A DNA stretch of 64,000 nt, taken from assembly GCA_021731365.1 (NCBI GenBank), contig JAKFXL010000003.1, forward strand, positions 69,234 through 133,233, read 5' to 3'. Position numbers and translations under genes: made by a program. This DNA is from Gammaproteobacteria bacterium (GTDB lineage: Bacteria; Pseudomonadota; Gammaproteobacteria; Tenderiales; Tenderiaceae). The notes below the pieces were generated by a model. That model was given only the letters and a program-made list of their open reading frames with translations. It searched no databases and was not told the origin of the DNA. Numbering within the stretch: the stretch's first letter is position 1; each line of letters opens with the position of its first letter. Shown piece after piece: positions 9,000 to 18,086 of the stretch.

Positions 9000-9142
9000 G
9001 TCTGAGTTATTGATTTGATTTTCATGACATGACCCCTCATGCAGATTGTGTTTGTCACTATGGCAAATTGTGGGATGGGGGGCAATGCTTTTTTGGGTTA
9101 GCATGGGGGTGGATGCGTCAGGGGCAACAATCATTTTATTTA

Positions 9143-9751
9143 TCACCTACCCCCCCAGCGCGGCACCAGCGTATGTTCAACATCAAGATGGTCAAGTATG
9201 CGGGCGACAACAAAATCAACAATGTCATCTAACGTTTTTGGATTTTGATAAAAGCCGGGGTTGGCTGGCAGGATGGTTACACCAAGACGGGCAAGTTTGA
9301 GTGCGTTTTCCAGATGGATGGCGGAGAGCGGTGTTTCGCGGTGTACTAATATCAGTTTGCGTTGTTCTTTAATGGCGACATCAGCGGCGCGTTCCATTAG
9401 ATCATTACTGCTACCGTTGGCGGTGGCGGCAAGAAAGGCGCTGGTGCAGGGGCAGACCACCATGGCACGTGGTGCGCCGGAGCCACTGGCAACCGGTGAG
9501 TGCCACTGCTCTTTGCCCCAGACGTGCAGCTGGTTTTCTTTGGCGTGGTAGCGGCTGCTGAGTTGTTTTTGCATCTCTTGCGGTGTGCCGCTGATTTTCA
9601 GCTCGGTCTCCATGTCGATCACCATCTGCCCGGCTTTGGAGATCATCAGGTGGACCTCTTCTCCGGCGTTGATCAGACACTCAAGCAGGCGCAATCCGTA
9701 GGCAACACCGGAGGCGCCGGTGATGGCGAGGGCGATGCTGTTGCGACTCAT
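9143..9751 (-). CDS. ubiX: Flavin prenyltransferase UbiX
   Basis: N-terminal IALAITGASGVAYGLRLLE and PCT/S motifs typical of UbiX/Pad1. About 200 aa. Confidence 0.9.
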   Translation of the reverse strand: MSRNSIALAITGASGVAYGLRLLECLINAGEEVHLMISKAGQMVIDMETELKISGTPQEMQKQLSSRYHAKENQLHVWGKEQWHSPVASGSGAPRAMVVCPCTSAFLAATANGSSNDLMERAADVAIKEQRKLILVHRETPLSAIHLENALKLARLGVTILPANPGFYQNPKTLDDIVDFVVARILDHLDVEHTLVPRWGGR

Positions 9752-11133
9752 GCTGATGCCTGCTCTAACTCATGCAACAGTTTTTTATGTATGCCACCAA
9801 AACCACCGTTACTCATTATTAATATATGATCCCCCGGCTTTGCGTAACCAGCCACAAAGGCGGTGATGTTTTTTATCTCATCAAACAGCTGGGCATGGTT
9901 ACCTAATGTTGCTACAACACCATTTAAATCCCACCCCAGATCTGGTGGATTAAAAAACAATATCTGATCGGCTGCGGCCAGTGAGGGTCCAAGTGTATCT
10001 GCGTGTACCCCCATACGCATGGTGTTAGAACGCGGCTCAAGGATGGCGATGATTGTGGCTTTCTCGCCCACTTTTTTACGCAGGCCATCCAGTGTTAAGG
10101 CAATGGCGGTGGGGTGATGTGCAAAGTCATCGTAAACCGTAATGCCGTTGACAATGCCACTCACCTCCATGCGCCGTTTTACATTTTTAAATTCACTCAG
10201 CGCCGCCACTGCTTCGTGGGCGATAACACCCGCATGACGAGCGGCGGCAACGGCAGCCAGGGCGTTATGCACGTTGTGCATGCCGAGCAGATCCCACTGC
10301 ACATCGCCCACATGTTGGTCACCCCAATAGATGGCAAAACGGCTGCCGTCAGGCGCTACATCACGTGCGCTCCAGTGTTTGATTTCGGTCTGCCCGATAC
10401 TGGCGCTGTCAAAATACTCTATCGGTGTCCAGCTGCCCATGGTGATGAGATCGCTGATGTTGGCGTCCTCGCTTGGCGCAACCATCAGGCCGTTGCCGGG
10501 CACGGTACGTACCAGGTGGTGAAACTGGCGTTTGATGGCGTCCAGATCTTCAAAGATGTCGGCGTGATCAAATTCAAGATTATTCAGGATCACGGTGCGT
10601 GGGCGGTAGTGTACAAACTTAGAGCGTTTGTCAAAAAAGGCAGTGTCGTATTCGTCCGCCTCCACTACAAAAAAGGGGATGTCTCCCAGACGTGCAGAGA
10701 TTCCAAAATTGCCGGGCACACCGCCAATCAGAAAACCGGGAGTCAGCTTGGCATACTCAAGTATCCACGCCACCATGCTGGAGGTGGTGGTTTTTCCATG
10801 GGTACCGGCAACGGCAATGACCCAGCGATCTTTCAAAATATAGTCAGCGAGAAATTGTGGACCAGAGATATAGGCCAGACCACGATTGAGCACATATTCA
10901 ACCGCGGCGTTACCACGCGACAAGGCGTTACCAATGACCACCAGATCCGGGGCTGGATCAAGCGGCGCGGGATCATACCCTTGATGCAGTGTGATGCCCT
11001 GCTCTTCCAGCTGCGTGCTCATGGGCGGATAGACGTTGGCATCCGAACCGGTAACGGTATACCCCATCTGCCGGGCAAGAATGGCAACGCCACCCATAAA
11101 GGTTCCACAAATGCCAAGAATATGTATATGCAT
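9748..11133 (-). CDS. mpl: UDP-N-acetylmuramate:L-alanyl-gamma-D-glutamyl-meso-diaminopimelate ligase
   Basis: N-terminus MHIHILGICGTFMGGVAILARQMGY..GSDANVYPPMS and the Mur-ligase P-loop AVAGTHGKTTT. ATGA overlap with ubiX. Confidence 0.9.
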   Translation of the reverse strand: MHIHILGICGTFMGGVAILARQMGYTVTGSDANVYPPMSTQLEEQGITLHQGYDPAPLDPAPDLVVIGNALSRGNAAVEYVLNRGLAYISGPQFLADYILKDRWVIAVAGTHGKTTTSSMVAWILEYAKLTPGFLIGGVPGNFGISARLGDIPFFVVEADEYDTAFFDKRSKFVHYRPRTVILNNLEFDHADIFEDLDAIKRQFHHLVRTVPGNGLMVAPSEDANISDLITMGSWTPIEYFDSASIGQTEIKHWSARDVAPDGSRFAIYWGDQHVGDVQWDLLGMHNVHNALAAVAAARHAGVIAHEAVAALSEFKNVKRRMEVSGIVNGITVYDDFAHHPTAIALTLDGLRKKVGEKATIIAILEPRSNTMRMGVHADTLGPSLAAADQILFFNPPDLGWDLNGVVATLGNHAQLFDEIKNITAFVAGYAKPGDHILIMSNGGFGGIHKKLLHELEQASA

Positions 11134-11135
11134 GG

Positions 11136-11648
11136 TTAACTGCCTGTTGCAAAAACTGCGCGAAGGATAGTGGCGGAGGCGTAGACGTACAGCAACGAGA
11201 GTCCCACGCCAACATAAAACGGGACATCAAGGGCGTGACGCAGAATATGTCCAACCACGGCAACATTCCACACCATCAGCACGATAATAAGCAATACTGG
11301 TAAAAACGCCTCCGCCGGATCGCCATACTGCAACCGCCACCATAGCAGTGGCACTGCCATAAAACCAAACACCACCCCGCTACCCAGCAGCGCGATGGTG
11401 GTCTGCTGGTAACGGGGCCAGAGATCACGCACCCATAACATCATCCGGATCATGCCCAGCAGCAACGCCGCATCCAGCGCCGCGTAAAAAGTGGCCATTG
11501 CTGGTGACAGTTCAAAACCTGCAATAATGGTACTCATCAACAGGTAGAGCAGCAGGGTGACCACCAGCAGGCCCTGGGAGCTTGGCAGATCCTGTGGACC
11601 AAGCTGAAAGCGGCAGATTTTCCAGTAGTTATTGATCATTGAATTCAT
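11136..11648 (-). CDS. Integral membrane protein (Yip1-like), function unknown
   Basis: 170 aa with about five hydrophobic helices. Lies directly upstream of mpl on the same strand. Confidence 0.55.
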   Translation of the reverse strand: MNSMINNYWKICRFQLGPQDLPSSQGLLVVTLLLYLLMSTIIAGFELSPAMATFYAALDAALLLGMIRMMLWVRDLWPRYQQTTIALLGSGVVFGFMAVPLLWWRLQYGDPAEAFLPVLLIIVLMVWNVAVVGHILRHALDVPFYVGVGLSLLYVYASATILRAVFATGS

Positions 11649-11724
11649 CGCGCTACGGTATCACAAAATCTATTCGTCGCCCCAGACTGGTCGCGCCACA
11701 CACACCTGTTTACAATGGCCGCTC

Positions 11725-12867
11725 ATGACCCACAACAATGCCAATCGCTACCGTTTCCCCCAGCGCCACCACAACCGGTTTCAGCTGCTTGTGGATGGTG
11801 ATCACTTTTTCCCGGTGATGCTGAATGCCATTGCCACGGCACAACACAGCGTTATTTTGGAGATGTACCTACTGGAGTCAGGCAGACTCCTCACCCGGTT
11901 TATCGACACCCTCATCACCTCCGCCAGCCGTGGCATCGCTATCTTTCTGCTCTTTGATGACTTTGGCGCGCTGGGCATCAACAAAGCCGACCGTCAGCGG
12001 CTGGCTGGCCACACCAACATACACCTCAAATTTTACGGCCCAATACACTACCGCAGATGGCAGCACCTGCTCTCCCGCAACCACCGCAAGCTACTGCTGG
12101 TGGACAACCGCATCGCCTTTATCGGTGGCGCTGGTATCAGTGATGCGTTTACGGGGGAACAGGGTTGGCATGAACTGATGGTGCAAGTAGAGGGGGAGTG
12201 TGTGCAGGACTGGCGCGCCCTGTTTATCGACAACTGGCCCGGCACAGCCGATGAGATCAAGCCGCTCACCGCCACCCCCTGCCAATACCCCACAACGGCA
12301 GGGCAATCGGGACGCACCACCCTGTCACAACTGCTGAGCCATCAGGAGATTCAAAGCGCACTGCTGCGTCGACTTGCCGCTGCCAAACACGAAGTTTGGA
12401 TCACCACCGCCTACTTTGTTCCCTCGTGGCGATTACGGCGCGCCCTGAAAGCCGCCGCACAACGTGGGGTAGATGTACGGCTGATGCTACCGGGGCACCA
12501 TACCGACCACCCGGCCATACGCCACGCCGGACACCGCTTTTACCACCACCTGCTCTGCCACGGAGTACGCATCTTTGAATACCAACCACGTTTTACCCAC
12601 GCCAAGGCGTACCTCTGTGATCAGTGGTGCTCCATCGGTTCGAGTAATCTTGATCGTTGGAACCTACGCTGGAACCTGGAAGGCAATCAGGAGATTGATG
12701 ATCCCGAGTTTGCCCTCGCACTCAAAACCGCGCTGGAACACGACCTGCTGGAGTGTAAAGAGATAAATCTCACCTCCTGGCAGGCACGCCCCTGGCCACG
12801 CCGACTGCTGGAGTGGTTTTGGGGGCGTATCGACGCCGGACTCACCTATCTGTCAAACCGACGCTAA
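11725..12867 (+). CDS. Phospholipase D / cardiolipin-synthase family protein (two HKD motifs)
   Basis: HKD motifs HRKLLLVD..GGAGISD and HAKAYLCD..GSSNLD. I chose the start at ATG 11725, because the longer ORF overlaps the upstream gene. Confidence 0.8.
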   Translation: MTHNNANRYRFPQRHHNRFQLLVDGDHFFPVMLNAIATAQHSVILEMYLLESGRLLTRFIDTLITSASRGIAIFLLFDDFGALGINKADRQRLAGHTNIHLKFYGPIHYRRWQHLLSRNHRKLLLVDNRIAFIGGAGISDAFTGEQGWHELMVQVEGECVQDWRALFIDNWPGTADEIKPLTATPCQYPTTAGQSGRTTLSQLLSHQEIQSALLRRLAAAKHEVWITTAYFVPSWRLRRALKAAAQRGVDVRLMLPGHHTDHPAIRHAGHRFYHHLLCHGVRIFEYQPRFTHAKAYLCDQWCSIGSSNLDRWNLRWNLEGNQEIDDPEFALALKTALEHDLLECKEINLTSWQARPWPRRLLEWFWGRIDAGLTYLSNRR

Positions 12868-13085
12868 CTCTTATATTCTGGATTCTGCCAACAGTCCGGC
12901 AGCACTTCTCCCGACGGGAATATCAGCGTGCTTTTGGCAAAGCTCTGTTGCTCCGGCAGCTCCTCACCCACATGGAACCGTCCTAAAACCGCATTATTGC
13001 TCGGGTTTATTAGTGCCGTCACATCCAGCACCTCAACCAAATTGCCGCTCTTTACATCCTTCATATACATAATCAGTTCCTCCAT
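12864..13085 (-). CDS. Small hypothetical protein (about 70 aa)
   Basis: Intact ORF convergent with the PLD gene. No recognisable motif. Confidence 0.35.
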   Translation of the reverse strand: MEELIMYMKDVKSGNLVEVLDVTALINPSNNAVLGRFHVGEELPEQQSFAKSTLIFPSGEVLPDCWQNPEYKS

Positions 13086-13239
13086 TTAGCTTGGTAGTCT
13101 ACCCTAACCATCCAAGCGTCACCCTTACCAATGAACAATGACGGCCAAATGCAATCATACTACTGTAATCAAGTTGCCCGACACTTAACCGATAACCACA
13201 GCTGAGAGTAGTACTACAGCAATCACAAGGACATAGGCG

Positions 13240-14370
13240 ATGATGAAGACCAACCCCCTGCAACAGCTACAGACACTCGGCCAGAGCATCTGGTACGACA
13301 ACATCCAGCGCAGCATGCTTGGCAGCGATGGCGAACTGGCGCGAATGATCCGCGATGAAGGGTTAGCAGGCGTCACATCCAACCCCACCATCTTTGAAAA
13401 AGCGATCGGCGGCAGTAACGACTACGACGCCAGCCTGCGCCAGCTGCTCCAGCAAAACAGCCAGCTTAGCAATCGCGAGCTCTTTTTCAGCCTCGCCATT
13501 GAAGATATTCAACAGGCTGCTGATCTGCTCCTACCGGTCTACAAAAAGTCTGATGGTCGTGACGGCTACGTCAGCCTGGAGGTCTCACCTGATCTTGCCT
13601 ACAACACCGAAGGCACCATTGCCGAAGCCAAAGATCTCGCCCACCGGGTGAATCGTCCCAATCTGATGATCAAAGTCCCGGCCACCCGCGAAGGGGTACC
13701 GGCAATCGAAGCACTCACCGCCGCCGGTATCAGCACCAACGCCACCCTGCTCTTCTCCATGGAGCGCTATGCCGAAGTGGCACAAGCCTACATCCGTGGC
13801 CTGCGCCAACGTCAGCAACAGCGGCTGCCCGTAGACCGGATCGCCTCCGTCGCCAGCTTCTTCATCAGCCGTGTGGATGCCCTCATCGACAAACTGCTGG
13901 ACGAAAAACTGGCCGCCGGCGGCAAACCAGAGCTCAAGACACTCAAAGGGCAGATCGCCATCGCCAACGCCAAGGCCTCATACCTGGTCTACCAGCGCCT
14001 GTTTGGCGAACCGTTTGCCGACCTTGCCAACATCGGCGCACGCAGCCAGCGGCTACTGTGGGCCAGCACTGGCGTAAAAAATCCCGACTACAGCGACATA
14101 CTCTATATAGAAGAGCTGATCGGCCTCGATACCGTCAATACCGTGCCACCTGCCACCTATGCCGCCTACCTCGACCACGGCAAACCCAGCGCCACCCTGG
14201 AAACGGGCATCAAAGAGGCCCCGGCCCTGCTGGCGCAACTGGCACTGGCAGGCATTGATCTCAGCGCCGCCACCCAGCAGCTTGAAGAGGAAGGGGTAAA
14301 ATCCTTCGACAAATCATTCCAGACCCTACTGGCCGCCATTGAAGGCAAGGCACGCAGCCTGGCCGCCTAG
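13240..14370 (+). CDS. tal: Transaldolase
   Basis: LGQSIWYDNI...GVTSNPTIFEKAI and MIKVPAT motifs characteristic of transaldolases. Confidence 0.9.
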   Translation: MMKTNPLQQLQTLGQSIWYDNIQRSMLGSDGELARMIRDEGLAGVTSNPTIFEKAIGGSNDYDASLRQLLQQNSQLSNRELFFSLAIEDIQQAADLLLPVYKKSDGRDGYVSLEVSPDLAYNTEGTIAEAKDLAHRVNRPNLMIKVPATREGVPAIEALTAAGISTNATLLFSMERYAEVAQAYIRGLRQRQQQRLPVDRIASVASFFISRVDALIDKLLDEKLAAGGKPELKTLKGQIAIANAKASYLVYQRLFGEPFADLANIGARSQRLLWASTGVKNPDYSDILYIEELIGLDTVNTVPPATYAAYLDHGKPSATLETGIKEAPALLAQLALAGIDLSAATQQLEEEGVKSFDKSFQTLLAAIEGKARSLAA

Positions 14371-14389
14371 ACAACAACGCCCCAACCAA

Positions 14390-14418
14390 AACCCCCGCCT
14401 CACGCGGGGGTTTTTATT
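14390..14418 (+). terminator. Rho-independent terminator of tal
   Basis: GC stem ccccgc(14393-14398)/gcgggg(14403-14408, extendable by one C-G pair) with a 4-nt loop, followed by TTTTT. Confidence 0.8.
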
Positions 14419-14483
14419 TGCCAACCCCACCCCGGCAAAAAACCAGCTCCCCAATTCAGCTAAAATGGCGCATCAACCAAACA

Positions 14484-15374
14484 ATGGGCCACACCATGCC
14501 GCACTGGAACAGCATCGCCAACCACATCAGCAGCACTACCGGCACCCCCTTCCAGTGCCAACAGATACAGCAGAGCGGTGGCGGCTGCATCAACCACACC
14601 TACCGGATCAGTGATCAGCAGCAGCGCTACTTCGTCAAACTCAACCAGCCACAGCGCGCACCGATGTTCGCCGCAGAGGCCACCGGTTTACAAGTAATTG
14701 CCACCACCCAGACTATCCGAGTTCCCGCAGTCATCTGTCACGGTACCAACACAACGGAAAGCTACTTGGTGCTGGAGAATCTCGACCTTGGTACCGGCGG
14801 CCCACAGAGTCAGCGACAGCTCGGACAACAGCTAGCACAGATGCATCGCCACAGTGCCAGCCAGTTTGGCTGGCACCTAAACAACACCCTCGGTACCACC
14901 CCACAACCCAATACACAAAACGACAACTGGATTGAGTTCTGGCGCAGCCAACGGCTTGGCCAGCAGCTGCAACTGGCGGCGGCAAATGGTTATGGCGGCA
15001 CACTGCAAGCACTGGGGCAACAGCTGCTTGATCGACTGGACGATTTTTTTATCGACCACCAGCCAGAACCCTCACTGCTGCATGGCGACCTCTGGTCCGG
15101 CAACTACGCCATCGCCACGGACGGCACACCGCTGATCTTTGATCCGGCGGTCTACTACGGCGATCGCGAAACCGACATCGCCATGACCGAACTGTTTGGT
15201 GGTTTTGCGGCGGAGTTCTATCAGGGCTATGAATCAGAGTACCCACTTGCACCCGGCTACCAACAGCGCAAACCGCTCTACAACCTCTACCACATACTCA
15301 ACCACCTCAACCTGTTTGGTGGCGGTTATCAACGTCAGGCAGTGTCGATGATGGAGCGGCTGTTGCGTGGGTGA
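14484..15374 (+). CDS. Fructosamine/ketosamine-3-kinase family protein
   Basis: Aminoglycoside-kinase-like motifs: LLHGDLWSGN, IFDPAVYYGDRETDIAM, and C-terminal YNLYHILNHLNLFG. Start uncertain (14484 or 14496). Confidence 0.8.
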   Translation: MGHTMPHWNSIANHISSTTGTPFQCQQIQQSGGGCINHTYRISDQQQRYFVKLNQPQRAPMFAAEATGLQVIATTQTIRVPAVICHGTNTTESYLVLENLDLGTGGPQSQRQLGQQLAQMHRHSASQFGWHLNNTLGTTPQPNTQNDNWIEFWRSQRLGQQLQLAAANGYGGTLQALGQQLLDRLDDFFIDHQPEPSLLHGDLWSGNYAIATDGTPLIFDPAVYYGDRETDIAMTELFGGFAAEFYQGYESEYPLAPGYQQRKPLYNLYHILNHLNLFGGGYQRQAVSMMERLLRG

Positions 15375-15406
15375 TGTTGATTTATATGGCAGATGCCTAT
15401 GGTCAA

Positions 15407-15853
15407 TTAATGTGAGAAATACCAAAAGTTCTTTTCATCTGAACCTTTATCCCTGCACAATACTCCACCCTCTAATACTTTATCAGGAACGTGTATTTCA
15501 CCATTTTTTATTAAAACACCCTGCGAATCGACGCCACACACAAGGTCATCAGATAAACCCCACTCTTTCCGGGTTTCATTTGATACTGGTGAACCTGAAA
15601 CAATCAAAACCGCGTCAACACCAATATTGGCATACGAATAATATTGGGGGGTCTGTTTCGGGCTTCGAAGAAAATGACATGGCGGCTTGGGGGAGATCAA
15701 CTTTTTTTCATTCCCATACACCAAATAACACTTCTCACTCTCTTCGATCACTTTAATTTCATGTGAGAAAAGCGATATTTCATCAATTGTATTTTCTGAG
15801 GCCGAGGAACATGACATTAAAAAAAACAGTGTTAAATAACAAAATTTTTTCAT
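15407..15853 (-). CDS. Cys-rich periplasmic lipoprotein; candidate immunity partner of the upstream amidase
   Basis: MKKFCYLTLFFLMSC lipobox-like signal. No known domain. Its ATG overlaps the amidase stop (ATGA at 15850-15853). Very AT-rich. Confidence 0.6.
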   Translation of the reverse strand: MKKFCYLTLFFLMSCSSASENTIDEISLFSHEIKVIEESEKCYLVYGNEKKLISPKPPCHFLRSPKQTPQYYSYANIGVDAVLIVSGSPVSNETRKEWGLSDDLVCGVDSQGVLIKNGEIHVPDKVLEGGVLCRDKGSDEKNFWYFSH

Positions 15854-16290
15854 AACGTTAACCCCCAGAACCAAACCTCCTCACCAAGAGCAAAATAATT
15901 CGAAAACCCACCCTTCATCGCAACCCCATTCCAAACGTCTATATGGTCAGTAGCCCCCCACCCATTTTTTATAAAGACAATACCTTTCCTTCCTTTAAAG
16001 TCCTGACTGGTAACATTTTTATGAACTTCCGCATTACCAAATAAGGCGCTTTTGGTTTTCATCCAGTTTGCCAGTTCTTGTGCTGCCAATATGTGGCTCG
16101 GCGCATGTTTAAATCCTGGGTAACATCGCCTGTTTGGGTACATAAGATCAAACGAACTTGTATCAATACCCGTTTTTTCTAAAGCAACCCCCATTCTAAT
16201 TGCACATTGATTTGTGAACGTCTCCTCATCACACGGGCTATCGGGATAGGGATGGTTCGCCCACAACATATGAAACTGCACTAATGCCAT
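15850..16290 (-). CDS. Tae4-like (papain/NlpC-P60 superfamily) peptidoglycan amidase, no signal peptide
   Basis: NQCAIRMG (catalytic Cys context) and KGRKGIVFIKNGWGATDHIDVWNG (His context) parallel the Tae4 motifs NACPIRMS and KKGIIVV..GHVTLWNG recalled from memory. SD AGGAGG lies 7 nt upstream of the ATG. Confidence 0.6.
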   Translation of the reverse strand: MALVQFHMLWANHPYPDSPCDEETFTNQCAIRMGVALEKTGIDTSSFDLMYPNRRCYPGFKHAPSHILAAQELANWMKTKSALFGNAEVHKNVTSQDFKGRKGIVFIKNGWGATDHIDVWNGVAMKGGFSNYFALGEEVWFWGLTL

Positions 16291-16302
16291 ATTGCATTCC
16301 TC

Positions 16303-17085
16303 CTACTGAAAAATCAGCTGCAACAATTTGCCATGGGTCTTTTCAGCAAGGGTGTTGTACTCGTGCCAGGTATTGGGATCGGCGCGGCCGATGGGGATGG
16401 TGAAGACGGGGGCGGGGATATCCAGGTAATAGATGCGATCATCCGAGGGTTCATCACCCAGCAGTATGTAGGCACCGGGCACCGGGGCGTTCTCTTTGGC
16501 ACGGAAAAACGCTTCGCCGATGGTTTCGTTGCCGCCGATAAACGGTGCCCCTTTCATAAAGCTATCGAGCATCTCGCCCATGGTGCCCTGATAGGTATTG
16601 GTTTTGCCATCGGCAAACCAGGTGACGGCGGATACCTCTTTTTGTGAGCGGGCGACGATAACCCGTAACAGCGGCACCAGAAATCCGGAGACACCGTGCA
16701 TGGAGCCGGTGGCGTCGATGATGAGATGCAGATCTTTGCCGGGGATCGCCTCCAGCCCTTTTACAAACAGGTCAAAATCTTTGCGCCCTTTTGCATCATT
16801 CAGCCCAACCGCTTGCAGCACCTGCTCCAGCTGCGCCTCGCCGCTCATATCACTCACATCACCCAGCTCGTTGTATAGGCGCTGATTATCCTCTTCCATC
16901 GCTGCCAGCCGCTCTTTCATGGCGGCGGCCTCTTTTTTGAGGCGGGGGAATTCACTGCCCTCCTGGCTCTTGGCGGTGATGAGGATGATGACCAGAAGAA
17001 AGATAAAGGTCATTAACATCATGAGCGCCAGATCAGAGAAGCTCTCATGGATGTTTGATTCGGAGTTGCGGCGTTTTTTTCGCAT
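16303..17085 (-). CDS. MotB/ExbD-like single-pass membrane anchor fused to a coiled coil and a vWA domain
   Basis: Basic N-terminus MRKKRRN, then a transmembrane segment with conserved Asp (SFSDLALMMLMTFIFLL) as in MotB. vWA MIDAS LIIDATGSM, GGNETIG, ILLGDEPSDD. An alternative GTG start lies at 17133. Confidence 0.65.
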   Translation of the reverse strand: MRKKRRNSESNIHESFSDLALMMLMTFIFLLVIILITAKSQEGSEFPRLKKEAAAMKERLAAMEEDNQRLYNELGDVSDMSGEAQLEQVLQAVGLNDAKGRKDFDLFVKGLEAIPGKDLHLIIDATGSMHGVSGFLVPLLRVIVARSQKEVSAVTWFADGKTNTYQGTMGEMLDSFMKGAPFIGGNETIGEAFFRAKENAPVPGAYILLGDEPSDDRIYYLDIPAPVFTIPIGRADPNTWHEYNTLAEKTHGKLLQLIFQ

Positions 17086-17090
17086 GGCGG

Positions 17091-18086
17091 TTACTGCCGG
17101 GGGCGGAGCAGTTCGTAGATCCTGATCCACCACGGTTTGTTGGTCACGGCTAACATGTGCATCTGCTGCCGTAGCGCTTCGCAGTACTCCTGGTGGCGAC
17201 TGATGATGACCCGCAATGGCTCCTGGCCCTGTTCACCTGACTCGCTCTCGCCCAACCGTTTTATCTCTTCGCGAAACTCCGTGACCATCTGGCGCGACTC
17301 GGCAAAGCTCTGTTTCATCATCTGCACGTTTTGGTCGAGCTGGCGCAGCTCTTCGTTGAGCAGTCGCACATCACGTTCTAACGTCTGTGCATAATCGGGC
17401 GAGCAGTAGACCAGGCAGATGCGCAGCAAGTTGTCATGCAGCCCTTCAATGCCGTGCAAGGTGAGCTGTGCAAACATGCGTAACAAGATACCCCCCAACA
17501 CCGCACCCAGCAGGGTGGTATAAAAAGCTGTGCCCATGCCGGACATGGCGTGGCGCAGCCCCAGGAGCATCATCTCCTGGTCATGGCCCAGTGAATCGAG
17601 GGAGCTGCTGAGTCCGGAGAGGGTCATGGTCAACCCCATGACGGTTCCAATCAGACCCAGGGTAATCAGCAGATTGCCAATCACTTCAATGGTGTGGTTG
17701 ATGCGCTCGTATACGGCCAGCTCAACATGCAGCAGGGTTTCAACCTCGGGTTCACCCTTGCGCTCCATGGTCGATTTCAGTGAGTGAAAAAAGCGGTCTG
17801 CGGCCCGTTTTTCCGATTCGATGGTGATGGCATCCAGCCCCCCCTGACTCGCCGCTGCATTGAGGTGCATACAGCGCACTGACTCCTTGGTGACCATCAA
17901 TGTCACCACAAAGCTACCCAACACACCTAGCAGAAAGAGCCCAATAATGAGCCAGGTGATCCGGCTCGGGTCGACCTGCACAAAGGTCCAGACATCGGTA
18001 TCACGGTACAACGTAAGATAGATGACCAAGGCGGCACTGGCCCAGATGGTCCACAAAATTAAGGTACGGTATGGCTGTTGATTCAC
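17091..18086 (-). CDS. MotA/TolQ/ExbB-family proton-channel protein with C-terminal coiled-coil tail
   Basis: MotA_ExbB core (IGNLLITLGLIGTVMGL ... GMGTAFYTTLLGAVLGGILL). The last ~90 aa are heptad-like and charged (LNEELRQLDQNVQMMKQSFAESRQMVTEFREEIKRL). GTG start with GGGGAG upstream. Confidence 0.7.
   Translation of the reverse strand: MNQQPYRTLILWTIWASAALVIYLTLYRDTDVWTFVQVDPSRITWLIIGLFLLGVLGSFVVTLMVTKESVRCMHLNAAASQGGLDAITIESEKRAADRFFHSLKSTMERKGEPEVETLLHVELAVYERINHTIEVIGNLLITLGLIGTVMGLTMTLSGLSSSLDSLGHDQEMMLLGLRHAMSGMGTAFYTTLLGAVLGGILLRMFAQLTLHGIEGLHDNLLRICLVYCSPDYAQTLERDVRLLNEELRQLDQNVQMMKQSFAESRQMVTEFREEIKRLGESESGEQGQEPLRVIISRHQEYCEALRQQMHMLAVTNKPWWIRIYELLRPRQ

Noticed and set aside
10114-11139. 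341-aa plus-strand ORF
   Set aside because: It is antisense to mpl, whose Mur-ligase motifs are unambiguous. No domain signature.
15407-18086. Interpreting the amidase operon as part of a type VI secretion locus
   Set aside because: No Hcp, VgrG, PAAR, TssA-M, ClpV or Rhs-like ORFs occur in the 64 kb. The neighbours are instead MotA/MotB-like genes.
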